Positions 1 through 11,693 of a stretch of DNA of 64,000 nucleotides are shown piece by piece. The stretch's first letter is position 1, and each line of letters opens with the position of its first letter. Source of the DNA: Pseudovirgaria hyperparasitica (lineage: Eukaryota). A program made the translations under genes and the position numbers. The notes under the pieces were generated by a model. That model was not told the origin of the DNA. It searched no databases and saw nothing but the letters and a program-made list of their open reading frames with translations. The stretch lies in assembly GCA_010093815.1 (NCBI GenBank), contig ML996581.1. One strand, given 5' to 3'.

Positions 1-562
1 CTGTGTTTATAATAACCGTTGTAACAGCATTCTTTGGTCTGCTTGCTGTGCTTGGAGACGCGAATTATAAGCTTGAACATACTAAGCCAGAACAGAACTG
101 GTCCGGTTTGCTCATCCATACACCTACCATCTGGCCTAGACAACTGTTCAATAATGTACGGTCTATAAGCTGATGCAAAGATAGAATTGTCAGAATGCGT
201 GACCTAATATGCTAGGGTCTTGTCGGTACTATTGCTAGAATGGTAGATGTTTTTGGGAAAGTATGAATTCAACGCTCGCGTGATGCGCCACCACTGTTTT
301 CTGTTCGTACTTGACTTTGATTGGCTACCAATGAATTCTTGAGATTCATTGTTCTGATATTAGGTTGTTAGTTTCGAACAATACATTATTAACTGAAAGC
401 TCTTACGTTATCCATATTAACTCCATGGGTGAGACTGCATTAGCGTTATGAAACCTGCCAGGCAGAATTCGGTTTTGTAGAGCATCGATGTCGATATTTT
501 TGGGTATTATTGCACTGATATATATGTGTCCATTCAAGCTAACTCATCACTAGTTAGGTGCT

Positions 563-1867
563 TCATGCCTTTACTATATCATTGGTCGAGATATCAGTCT
601 GCGCATAACTTTCTGCGTTGACCATCGGTGGCTTGATAGGCAGCAAGAACAACGAGGCCCCAATAGCAATGACCAATAATCTCCAGAGGATACTGACCAC
701 TGTGTCAGTGATATATGCAGGTCCCCAATGATGGTATTCCAGTGGGCCCACGTGAGTGCCAATAATCTGTTCCAACCCCTTCAGGCAGAACAGGGACGAC
801 ACGATAATGAGAGGGGATCGGAAGCGAGTCACCTCCTATAAGAATGGACGATCAGCTTCAATACCCGTAAGAGTCGGTCACCTTCGTAGACTTACGTATG
901 CCAGATTGTATGGTTCGGACTGGTTGTACTTATCCTGTGCATCAAGATCCATTGCATTCGCCGGTCGAGGCGGGTAGCAATCTCGTTTGACCTTCCAAAC
1001 ATACACTACGCTGCCAATCATGAAGAGAGACCAAACAACCATGACCGACTCGTACCCGTTGCCAATGTGTTTCGCTTTGTCAAAATCACCAAACTCCCCC
1101 AGGTTGAGAGCATTGTCATACGTGATGCTCTGTGTCCCATGATGCGCAATCATGATCCAGTACGCTGTAAGAAAGCCCCAAGACACCGCCGTCAAGGCGC
1201 ACATGAAGAAAGCCAAAGCCCATGCGACGTATATGAACGTGTTGGCAAGCGAACGCTTCATATAGAGTGCCCGGAAGTAACTCGTATACTTCTTCATCGC
1301 GTATATGGCATAGCCCAGCTCCGTGATGCGCCACAGCAGCTCGCTGAAGACGGGGTAGTAGAAGAAGGTAAAGGGCCTTAGTTTCCAGTCCATGAAGGAT
1401 GTGAGCGTGATGATATCGAGCACCTGGACACTTACAAGCACACACACAAGTCAGCAGTAAGCACAAGGCAGAGAGGACACCAGAGCACATCTCACACTAT
1501 GAAGCACAGCGTACACGCGATAACGCTATATCTCTTCAAGCCCTCAATCACTCTAGCTTTACGCGTCAGGATCCCCTCGCGCGTCCCGATAACGCCCTGC
1601 ATAAACATCACAACCACCCCAAGCATGATCGTAATGATCAGAAATGCAAGGAGAGCGATTGGCGAGCGCTCCTGCTCGTACACATCAGCTTATGGGATTT
1701 TCCGCGCAGTGCACAAACAGACGTACGCATTCTTGTGCATTAAGCAGGACGCGTGCCTTGCCCGTTAACGTCGTGACATCGACGGGCACAAACCTAGGAG
1801 CGCACATGTTCCATGATCGCGCAGGGCCTGGGTATCGATTGCTCCCAAAACCAGTGGTGCGCACCAT
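563..1867 (-). CDS. Orphan multi-pass (about 6-7 TM) membrane protein, about 4 exons
   Basis: Four consecutive minus-strand ORF segments (1685-1867, 1492-1683, 878-1447, 563-832) joinable by short GT-AG introns (e.g. gtacgt...gctgat...cag before E-R-S-P-I); repeated long hydrophobic stretches. Start is ATG 1867 or a downstream ATG near 1807. Confidence 0.6.
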
Positions 1868-2019
1868 GTTTTGCGACGCTGGGTGATGTCGGGGGAGGGT
1901 GGAAGGGAATCAGACAATGCGGTCTTGCGATGGACATTTTGGCGGGGCCAGGGGTCATCTTAAAGCTCGACTATGGTATACATTGAATCCACTTCGCTAG
2001 GGTCTGATGGTTGCAGATC

Positions 2020-2700
2020 CGGTAAAGCTTGGCCTAGTGCTAGCCTATCTAGCGGATAGCAAGGGATCCGAGAACTTAGCTCTGGCTCATAATCGCTTAT
2101 CCATAGTTTATTCTTATAGTGACTGTCCTCTAACACCTAGTGCGATAATATATAGGAATAGCGTCTATGTATTCACACTTGACTCGACAACACCTTGGTG
2201 TACAATGAGTCTAGCTAAGGCAAGGATAAGGCTATGCGTAGTACATAGAGATTGTCTTAGACTATCGAAGTAGTCGGTCTTTCCATTCAATCCTATGATG
2301 ATATTAGATGGTTTTAAATCAAAGAAATAAGGTATTTTTGGTAAAGAGCAACCACGTAAAATATGAACGATGAATTATTCGCTACAGAACTTGCAATTCT
2401 TCCATGACTAGTTTAAGACTATATAGGAGTAGGCTAGTTGGTAGTACTATAATTACACAAGCTAATAAGTTACGTGGGAAGTTACTAATATTCTTAGTAA
2501 TATCCACCGTAATAGTACGAACATGGCTCTACTGGTGTCGCATTGTATTATACAGAAGTACCTAATTAACGATCGTATTTTCGAAAGACTACTAGGCAAG
2601 GTTAATGGAGCGTAAATGATTACGCATTGGGTTGATACTATTGTATAGTGAAACTAGAATCCGTCAAATAACAGTACGAGTCCAGGCAATCCTATCTAAG
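2020..2700. other. TpA-rich degenerate tract (RIP-like relic)
   Basis: Visibly dense TA/TAG/CTA words and frequent stops compared with flanking genes; original element not recognisable. Confidence 0.4.
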
Positions 2701-2999
2701 GGCGCCCCTATTGAAAGAGAGAGACGACAGAGGGAGCATTTGATCTCAAATAGACGTCTTGCGAGGAGCTTCGATTCTGGCTGTCTATTCAAAAACGAGG
2801 CATATGTTACTGCAAGAAGAAGTAGAAGTTGCGAGTAGATGTGGATAGACGGATTTTTCGACTTCAGCAAGGAGACTTATGACCTGTTCACATGCATGTG
2901 GAAAAGGGTCTATCTAGGAGATCACCATTGTGCTAACATTCCCTCCATACATCTGACAGGTATTCCAACCATGCTTCGGTCCATGAATTGTTAATCCTG

Positions 3000-4535
3000 T
3001 CAATAGCCACCACATTTCATACTATTCACCGAACTGTTCTGCCCGGCCGTCAAAACCAGCAGTCTGCTCTCGCCCTCATCCAGATCAACAGTCATTCCAT
3101 CCAAAACACCCAGATCGGTCGCTTTCCACACATCCCTGACATTCCAAGTTCCACCAAGACCAAAATGCTTAAACTCGACCGACATTTTCTGTACACCACT
3201 CATCGCTGTTCCAAAGCCCCCTTCACCTTCATCGGGGCCGTAGTTGGCAAGTACAACAACACTCTTGCATTGTGCTGACATCTCCACACCCGCGATCCAC
3301 GCTTGCACCTGGGCCGGAGAATTACCACCTCCAGGATTAACAGGCTGCATGGGATAATACGACGTAAAATTGGCTACATCAAGGGCTTCCTGGTTTGTGT
3401 ACAGGTTCATGCCGACATGATCCAAGTTTCGCATATCCGAGCCAGTAATCAGTGGCGCTCCGGCTCCAATCCAGTGCGTCATGACACTCTGGCGCTTGAC
3501 ATCGCTGATACCCGATATCGACTTGTCGTTGCCGTTGAGTAAGCTGTCCAAATCAGGGCGCACGCGCAGAGCCAATCCAGCATCGATCAGGCCGGCTGTC
3601 GCGGCAAGGTACCATTGTCTGTAGTTCTCAATCGCGCGTTGAACTTTCTGCCACTGGACCAGTGTTTTTGCGCCGCTCTGGTTGATGTCTTGATCAGTGC
3701 GCATGGCGTCTGTGTTGGCGTTCCATATCGGGAGATAGGTAGCGTTCCTTTCGAGCTTCCAGGATATGTGCAAGCGCATGGAGCGGCTTGGGAGTTCGGT
3801 TTGAATGGCATTGTGAAAAGCTCGAACTGAACCGGAGTTGTCCGGTGGGAGGTTCGAAGAGTTGCCGGCTTCTGGAGATCCAGGGGTGATGAAGTCAAGC
3901 TTGATGAACGAGATACCACTGCGTGCGAAGCATAAATGTGGTAGCTACGGACGGAACTATAATGAAGAAGAGAGTTACCTTTGCGCATAGAAGCGAACGA
4001 CACTATTGTGCCATTCTTGTACACCGGCTCGGGTGAACTTTCCATTGCTGTCCATTGAGAAGTCAAAGTCACATCTCGCAAACCCGTTATTGTTTCCACT
4101 CATGGTATCGGCGATGGTGATATTGGTCCCCTCAATGGTCTTGCTCATATCTTTGCAGAATGCGCCCGGTAGTAGATAGACTCCGACTTTGACACCTAGA
4201 GGCGCAAGCTCTCTGGTAAGTCTGGCGATGTCGATACTGTTGGTGTCGTTATAAGGTCGGCCATGCTCATCACCATGATCTCCAACACTCCAGCCGCTGT
4301 CAAGAGAACAGTATTCGAATCCAGCATTGCCCAGAGTCTCTCGCATAGTAGTACACTGCTTAAGTACGCTGTCCGTATTATAAGTGAAGCCTCCAACTGC
4401 ATCTGGGTTGGATTGCAGTGCGAATGAATTCCATCCTCGCGCTGCTTCAAGGAAGCCATCAGTGCTAGCGTCGTATGAAATGAAATTCAGCCCTTGTATA
4501 AGAGGGAGAAGGGCAATGAAAACTAGCGGGTTCAT
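3000..4535 (-). CDS. Secreted glycoside hydrolase family 27 (alpha-galactosidase-like), 2 exons
   Basis: Signal peptide MNPLVFIALLPLIQG; ARGWNSF and CSLDSGW motifs; intron 3919-3978 joins to SGISFIKLDFITPG (KLD nucleophile region); MRTDQD, PDLDSL; C-terminal VRDVW beta-sandwich. Confidence 0.9.
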
Positions 4536-4855
4536 GTTTAAAAGTGTCACGGATCATCATATAGACTGCCGGGGGAAGCATCTTATACTTGCAGCTCAAA
4601 AGACCAGTAAGAGGAACCAACGAGACCAGAAGTCACAAGTCAAAGGTGTCCACCGCATCATTGGCCCCTACTTTCCCAGTATTGGCTGGTGCAGAGCGAC
4701 GCATTAATCAACCAGGATACCCTGAATCCAGACCTCGGCATATACAACCGGAATACTGTCCGAGGGCCTAAATTAGGATTTTAGGATCAGTCAGTCTAAA
4801 TGGACGAATTGTGCTTGCATACTATGCCAAGGTATTAGGATCGCTTGTGGTTGAG

Positions 4856-4901
4856 TTGAATCCAGTGGGGTATATTTAGATGTATACCCCACTTTATTCA
4901 A
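4856..4901. promoter_or_regulatory. Imperfect inverted repeat containing two opposed SYGGRG (CreA/Cre1-type) sites upstream of GH27
   Basis: Arms TTGAATCCAGTGGGGTATA (4856-4874) and TATACCCCACTTTATTCAA (4883-4901), 17/19 complementary; contain GTGGGG and CCCCAC. Confidence 0.4.
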
Positions 4902-4929
4902 TTTGACTCCAGTAGTCTGACCAATTAAA

Positions 4930-5330
4930 TTGAGGTTATCTCGTCTTAGCACCAGGGCATGCATAGTGGCTTTAACCTACTAGAACTCTAGTATCAAATC
5001 CTTATTATATTATATAATTAACTCTTACTCTCTCTAGGTTCTTTAGGGAATCTGAATGTACCATAATATATTATCAGTGAGGCTCTTGCCTAGAAGTAGG
5101 CGATTTATAACCTTTGCAGACCCCTGTCGTAGTGTTGTAGCAATAGAATAGTTATTTTGCGAGATGCAGATTGAGCTTGTATTCTCTATTATAATTTTGG
5201 CTTAGGTTGAGGTTGTATGGATTGAGATTGTATGTGCTGAAGTCTACCCGAGTCAAGGACTCAAGGTTAGCAATGAATGGTAAGGCTGCCAGAAGTCGAC
5301 AATAAGGTTACTAATAAACACTGAGTACTA
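4930..5330. other. AT/TpA-rich degenerate tract (RIP-like)
   Basis: Sequence such as cttattatattatataattaactc; no ORF in the track. Confidence 0.35.
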
Positions 5331-6129
5331 ACGATCACCATCTCCGTCCCCGCCTTGAATATAGACATATATTACAGCCTCCACAAGACACCCTAAAAAG
5401 GGATACTAAGCAATTGACCCCACATTCAATCCTCTACCCCATTCGGTTTGCATTTTGCCGGACTGCGGAAGGTTTCGAATACTGTCCTAGATAGGCTAAG
5501 CGCCAAGTCAGTAAGGATCAGGGATTTTCGCTTTTGATCTACAATGTCGGGAGCCCCGTTGTACCTCCGCAAGCCTTAGACGCCATGACGTTACATTTTA
5601 ATCTACAGGTACATATGGGAGGATCTTGCCCCCACCCACCGTTGTACAAGTACGGTAGCTACCAAGCATTCGATCGTCGTCAATGTCTTGCATAGTCATG
5701 GTGATGGTGGTCTATGGTATGGTATCCAATATTTTAATTGTTAGCGTAGCAAGTGTTTGGCTTCTTATATTGGTACCAGGTAGTGTCTCAATTCAGATAG
5801 GATCTAAACCCCGCTGGGTAATGATAAATTGCCTGATCAGATGGAAATCTTAAATATCCTGACAGCAATGAACGGATCAGGATCTCCCATGCCACGCTAA
5901 CCACGATCACCCAAGAAACCCAGTGGTGCTATTGGATCAATTACAACCATGGGTGACTGAGTATGTGGAGGCTTAACAAGCATGTCAAATACCAGATCAT
6001 CCGTTCACATAAGCACGGCGCATTCGCACGTAAACGGACTACTACATGGGTCTCATGACCTATGCACACAGACATACACGTCAACCCCATCATATCGTCA
6101 AGTTGTACATTACATGGCATTCCCCAAAG

Positions 6130-6879
6130 CTACGTCAATTTTTTCAACTTGACATGCCGCGTCTCCCTTGCCTCCGCACTCTCAATCACCAGCTCCACCA
6201 TTCTATCCTCAATTTCCTTCCTTTTCCGAAACTCCTCCCCTTTCCCCTCGCTCTCCCACCCAATAACCAACACAACCCCCTTTCCCTCTACCCCTGTATG
6301 CTCCAGATTTTCGTGCGTGACGCCCGCAGCGGAGCCCAAAAACCCGGATCCCGCATCCTCCCTTGCATGGCGTAGCGAAGCCTCCACAAGTGACAAGAAG
6401 TCTCCCGGCGGTCCATTTTCGAAGTAGAACGTCGTGATCTCCGTGACAGGCGCCGCCAGCGCCAACGCAAATGTATCGCAAGGCTGCAAGTCAACGTGCA
6501 GGATGACGCCAGGGCCCGTGATCCACGGGATGAATTTACGCGCAAAGTCGCCGTAGTCGGCGGACTGCTGGAACGCGCGATGGTCGTCGATGGAGTCCCA
6601 GACTGGCAGCATGGGTCAGGGGAGAGGGTGTTTAAAGGAATGCTGCTAAAAAGTGCTTTACAAGTTTGAGCACTCTCGACCGCGTTTGGGGAACTTACCG
6701 ACACAGAGATGTACTTTGCTATTGTCTTCGAGCTGGACACCCGAGTAGATAGCTTGACATCCTTCCTGTTCGTACATGGTGGTGATAGTGTCACGCATGA
6801 CAGTCGCGGCCTCGCTGCCTGGCTCGCGCGGATCGGCGCCGGGGAGTAGCGGGAAGACGGCGAATTCTATAGTCGGCAT
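6130..6879 (-). CDS. Dimeric alpha+beta barrel (ABM / antibiotic biosynthesis monooxygenase-like) protein, 2 exons
   Basis: Exon 1 MPTIEFAVFPL...GVQLEDNSKVHLCV, intron about 6603-6699 (gtaagt...ctgac...cag), exon 2 WDSIDDHRAFQQS...APVTEI...VLVIGWES, a tandem ABM-like pattern. Confidence 0.8.
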
Positions 6880-7280
6880 TTCGCGACAAGGAGTTCCCGA
6901 GAAGGTGATCGTACGACTATGTGAAATGAGTGACCAAGATGTTTATGGTGGTGCCCCTGCGTCAAGGAGATCTACCACTTTGGCTGTTTCGGGTGTTGAC
7001 AGCGGCTTACCCCGCACGCCCGGCTGTTTCTGGCAAGGCTGTACGTATCTATTGCGTTCGTCCATGATGACAGATGCACATGGGCTGCCTGTGTTCTGTC
7101 ATATCGACATCTTTAGCGCCCCTGCTACGGTCCGTCAGACTCGGCTGCCACGCTCGAGCCTATATTCATAAGCAGTATCGGGAGGCACTCTAAGCTCTCC
7201 TTATGCTCAGAAAACGGCGTTGCCTCACATGCCTGCGCTTGCCGGTCCAGAGCAAGCAAGAGAATACACTAAATAAGTAG

Positions 7281-8200
7281 ACACGTCGAACGAAAAAAAA
7301 AAGATTGCAGTCTTCCACGGAAGTTTTCGATACTATGGCCCTGTTTGATGATATGAAGCCAATTCGGGACCAAATGAAGTTCTTGCAAAGATCACAGCTG
7401 TGTCTTCAGAGTATCAAGACACTGAGGGTGATGAGCTTTCCGAACGAATGAACGTGAAGGACCAAGCCCAGAGATCGCAGTCGTAATAGGCCGCAGAACC
7501 ACCACAAAGCTAAGACGCGCAACATCAATCATACCATGCTCCGACATGGCCGGCTCCATCATCTCGGTGGGCCCAGACCTCAATGAGAATATCTCAACGA
7601 TGAAGAAGCGTGTGCACTATCCATTGCATCTGTTACAACATGATTGCCAATCAATGGCACGCGTTCCCTCGGGCAGCCCGGCGGCGTTAGTGAGATGGTA
7701 CGCTTACAAAGAGCCGGGAGGAGTTGCCATTAACAGGCCTGATATCAGGTACCAGCGGTGCCAGGGCTATCGTATGGTCTTCGTCCGATGAGAAGTTGGC
7801 CAAGGGTCGGAAGCTTGGAGCCGCGTACACGATAGACTATAACACCAATCTGGATTGGTAGAAGGATGTAAGTGGAGTCACTATGGCGAAGGCTTCAACA
7901 TTGTCGTCGAAGCGTGATGCGAAGACGCTGTGGAAGAGCTTCGATTGAATTGTGTACCTGAGTGGAAAGGAAGTTGAGCCCGGTGATCGATTGAACACGA
8001 ATGTGCTGGCTTTGAGGGGGAATGTTGCCTTGAAAGGAATATTGAACGAATCGAGAGATTTATTTGATAGGCCCTGGGATTCTTCGAGCATCACTAGATC
8101 CGGCCAGTAGTTGAGTGGACGTGGACATTCGAGGGCGCCAGGGATGCTCTAAGCTATATCTCCAGTCGAAGCCACCCTGGAAGTTGTTATCCGCGTGTAA
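7281..8200 (+). pseudogene. Pseudogene of a zinc-type alcohol dehydrogenase-like MDR oxidoreductase
   Basis: Colinear fragments across changing frames: NEVLAKITAVS, IIPCSDMAGSIISVG, EEACALSIASVT, GGVAI, SSSDEKLAKGRKLGA, IDYNTNLDW*, AKTLWKSFD*, YLSGKEVEPGDRLNTNVLALRGNVALKGILN, IRPVVEWTWTFEGARDALSY, VVIRV*; several stops, frameshifts and an internal deletion. Confidence 0.8.
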
Positions 8201-8841
8201 TAACGTGAATTCAAGGCTTAGTACGAGCCTAGCTGAGCCTGTACATGCACTGAAGTCATCTGAGGATGGACGGAGGCTTTGCAATGTCTGACCGCGGTCT
8301 ATACTTTACCAGAAATACTTCCAGTTGCAAGGGACCTAACGAGGCCCGAACTTTGAATAGAGGTAGAAGCTGAAACATCTCTTCACTAGTGCAATTGCAG
8401 GAGGTATAGGGAAAGCTACGAGGCCTCGAAGCAATGTGATCATTACTATCGCGAAATCAGGTGGGACTCTCTTGCAAGTCTGGAGCATGGAGAGCCAAGA
8501 AAAAAGCGAAAGGAAAGGGTGACCTGCTGCTATCTGGCAAGGAAGGAAGGTTTCGAAGCATTTAGGCAACAGAAAGAGGTGGCGAGCTGTAATTTAGCCA
8601 CCAATCCGACGCAGCGCTCAAGTACAAGAACACTAACCTTGGATATGCTGTATCGACAATACTGTTCTATCAATGTGTGGGTTGAGTCATCTCTAGGGTC
8701 GATCATGAGTGACTATGATTCTGGACAACAATTGCTGCAGTGGCAAAGTCGAGCTGTGTTAGGGCTGCAAATGGCCCCTTTTAAACATCGGATCGTAGTC
8801 TAGTTGCTAAGTCCTCGCACTTCGGACTTTCGGGAAGATCG

Positions 8842-8859
8842 TACTCGGACTTCCGAGTA
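8842..8859. promoter_or_regulatory. Perfect 8-bp inverted repeat with CGG-N4-CCG core (candidate Zn2Cys6 site)
   Basis: TACTCGGA-CT-TCCGAGTA; related TCGGACTT at 8822-8829; TATAAAAA at 8901; ATG at 8983. Confidence 0.45.
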
Positions 8860-8982
8860 TCCATCGTTGATTCGAAGGTCACTTGCAAAGGACAGTGACG
8901 TATAAAAACACGTCTTTTGTCTCAACTATCTGAATATTCCCGCTGCTACAGGTCATCAGTCTTCCAGGATATCGTGAGCAAG

Positions 8983-10070
8983 ATGTCGAATTCGAAAACC
9001 TCAGCCCAACTTCAACTCACTCAACGTGGTGGTCCCTTCAAAGTTGCCCACGTACCGACGCCCACACCAGGCCCAGATGAAGTCCTCATCCGCCAACGTG
9101 CTATCGCACTTAACCTCGTCGACGTCAAACAGCGAGATCTGGGCATTGGTATTTCGCGCTGGCCACATGTGCTCGGTATCGAAGGTGCCGGCATAGTCGA
9201 AGCCGTAGGAAGCAACGTGCGTCATGTCCGACCAGGCGACGAAGTAGCTGCATGGGAAGGTTCAGGCGCGATGCAGGATACCTGGGGTGGGGCGTATCAG
9301 GAGAGTGTCGTCGTGCCGGCGTATCTTGTGTTCAAAAGACCCCACAACATCAGTCTTGAGGAAGCTGCCTCGCTGCCGTAAGTACATCGCATCGCCCACT
9401 TCCCAGGTCGAGACTGATGTTTCTCAACAGCATCTGTTTCACGACAGCTGTCAGCGCCATATACAATAGTCTCAGTATACCTCTCCCTTTCTTGACAAGC
9501 TTACCCCCTAATGGAGAGCTACCATCTTCTGTGCTCGTCCTTGGCGGAAGCTCAGCAACAGGCGCGTCCGCAATACAGCTGCTACGCAAGGCTTGTCCGG
9601 ACCTACCTATAGTTGTAACGAGCTCTAGTAAACACTCAGCCAGGCTCAAAGGTTTGGGCGCGACGTCTGTGGTCGATTATAAGTCGCCTGCGGTCATCAC
9701 TGACATCAGACGTGAATCGCCAAATGGCGCTGGAGTTGATATGATACTTGACTGCGTGTCAGCAGGTGCTTCCCAGACTGACATCTGTAATGTCTTTTAC
9801 GACGCTGGACCAAAGAGGTACGTCGCGGTTGTGACAGGAGTACCTGTCCCTGTGCCAGAGGATGTGACACTGCTTGAGGCTAATGCCTGGACGATGATGG
9901 GCGTAGAAGGTGGTAATGAGATTATTGCATCGTTGACGAAGCTCGTGGAAGGCGGTATCTATAGGACACCACTTCCAGTCCGCAACGTAGGTCATGGATT
10001 AGAGACCTTGCCGGACGTCTTAGATGAGGTTGTAAAGGCAAGCGGTGAAAAGCTTCTGCTTTCCCTCTAG
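8983..10070 (+). CDS. MDR-family enoyl reductase-like oxidoreductase (LovC/TOXD-like), 2 exons
   Basis: PGPDEVLIRQRAIALNLVDVKQ, VLGIEGAGIVEAVGS, ISLEEAASLP, VLVLGGSSATG, KASGEKL; intron about 9378-9430. Confidence 0.9.
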
Positions 10071-10627
10071 ATCTAGGTACTCAAACACTTTGAATATCTT
10101 GCTACTGCTAAGGCACTATCCATCGTCCGTTCGTGTCGTCTTACTCGAGCGTAGCCACGTGGAATGTAATACTACCGTTCCAATGATTCCCCACCCGTCA
10201 TTTAGGCAAGGAAGTGCGCATCATGATGCATATATGATACTATCGCGAATGAGGCGTAAGCTGCGGGACGTATCGGGGCCCGGTTGGATACTGGACAAGT
10301 CAAAATCAGATGGCAGATGATATATGCTTGCATTATACCGCTGTGGTGATAAATACCGTAGTGGAGAGCGGAGTTTGGATTTTAACTACGCCACTCAAGA
10401 GTGTTGGCTAACCCCTATTCACATTAGTAGCGGGCTCTGCGGTGGTGGAGGGTATATACACTAGCCGTTTACGGCAATTAGCGCATACTCATGGTTATGA
10501 ACATTGTAGACTTGAAATGTATAAGTAAAGGTTCGAATCGCATCGTAGAATTCTATGATCAAACAAACTCAGCATTGAGTTTCACAGTTACTACCATTTC
10601 AATCAATCACTTACCAAAGTAGCCATC

Positions 10628-11683
10628 ATGGGACTCGGAGGTGATATAGTTCAGATGAACATTGGGCAAATCTTCCAATCACCCTTTGTTCCCTCAGTAG
10701 ATCTCACTGGTCAAACTATCGTGATAACTGGCGCGAACACTGGTCTTGGATTCGAAGCCGCAAAGCATCTGTATGAGCCAATACCTCCACGACTTCCTAT
10801 TGCAATACTTACATGAACCATTTATAGGTACAGCTTGAACGTTTCGTACCTCATTCTTGCTTGCCGATCCGAAAGGAAAGGTGAGAAGGCAAAGAACGAT
10901 GTTATAGCGAGCTCGAGAAGGTCGACTCCTGGCAAGGTCGAGGTCTGGCCGCTCGATATGTCAGACAACGCATCTATATTGGCTTTTGGAGAGCGACTCA
11001 AGACTTTGCCTTGTCTTGATGCTTTCATCGCCAATGCTGGTGTGGACAGAAACCATTTTGAGTTGGACCAGGGATACGAGTCGTGCATTACGATCAATGT
11101 AATCTCAACATATTTGGTCGCGTTCCTAGCCCTACCGAAGCTTTACGAATCATCCAAGCTGAATGGGAGACCATCACGACTGGTCATCGTTGGAACCGTT
11201 GTCCATATCTTTGCAAAGCACGAGTACCTTGTGCTACCTCAACCTGGACAAGTGTTTGCGTCTCTCAATAACGATCAGAAGGCCGATATGGGTGATCGTT
11301 ACAACCTTAGCAAACTCATCTCTTTGTTGAGTCTGCAGCAGCTTGCGAAAGAGGCATCGATAAAATATGGCCAGGACACCCCGGTAATTTGTTTTCCAAA
11401 TCCAGGATGGTGCAGGACAGAGCTCTTTCGGACCAATAATGGCGGGCTTGGAGGCAGGATCGGATTGCGCCTGATTGGAAGATCAGCAGAAGAAGGATCT
11501 CGCGCGCTCGTACATGCCGCAGTCACTGATGAAGATTTCCATGGGAAGTATATCAGCGAATGTCGGGTCAAGCCAGTCTCGACTTGGATGAGAACTGACG
11601 AGGCACCCAAGGTGGGCATCAAAGTATGGGCGGAATTGAAAACCATCCTGGAGCATATACAACCTGGTGTTACTCAGCTGTAA
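10628..11683 (+). CDS. Short-chain dehydrogenase/reductase (retinol-DH/WWOX-like), 2 exons
   Basis: TGANTGLG cofactor motif, IANAG, catalytic YxxxK (RYNLSK), PGWCRTEL; intron about 10771-10828. Confidence 0.92.
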
Positions 11684-11693
11684 AACATTAGAA

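Noticed and set aside
8375..8460. Fragment AIAGGIGKAT resembling an SDR glycine-rich motif
   Set aside because: No downstream NAG or YxxxK fragments found; too short to support a pseudogene call.
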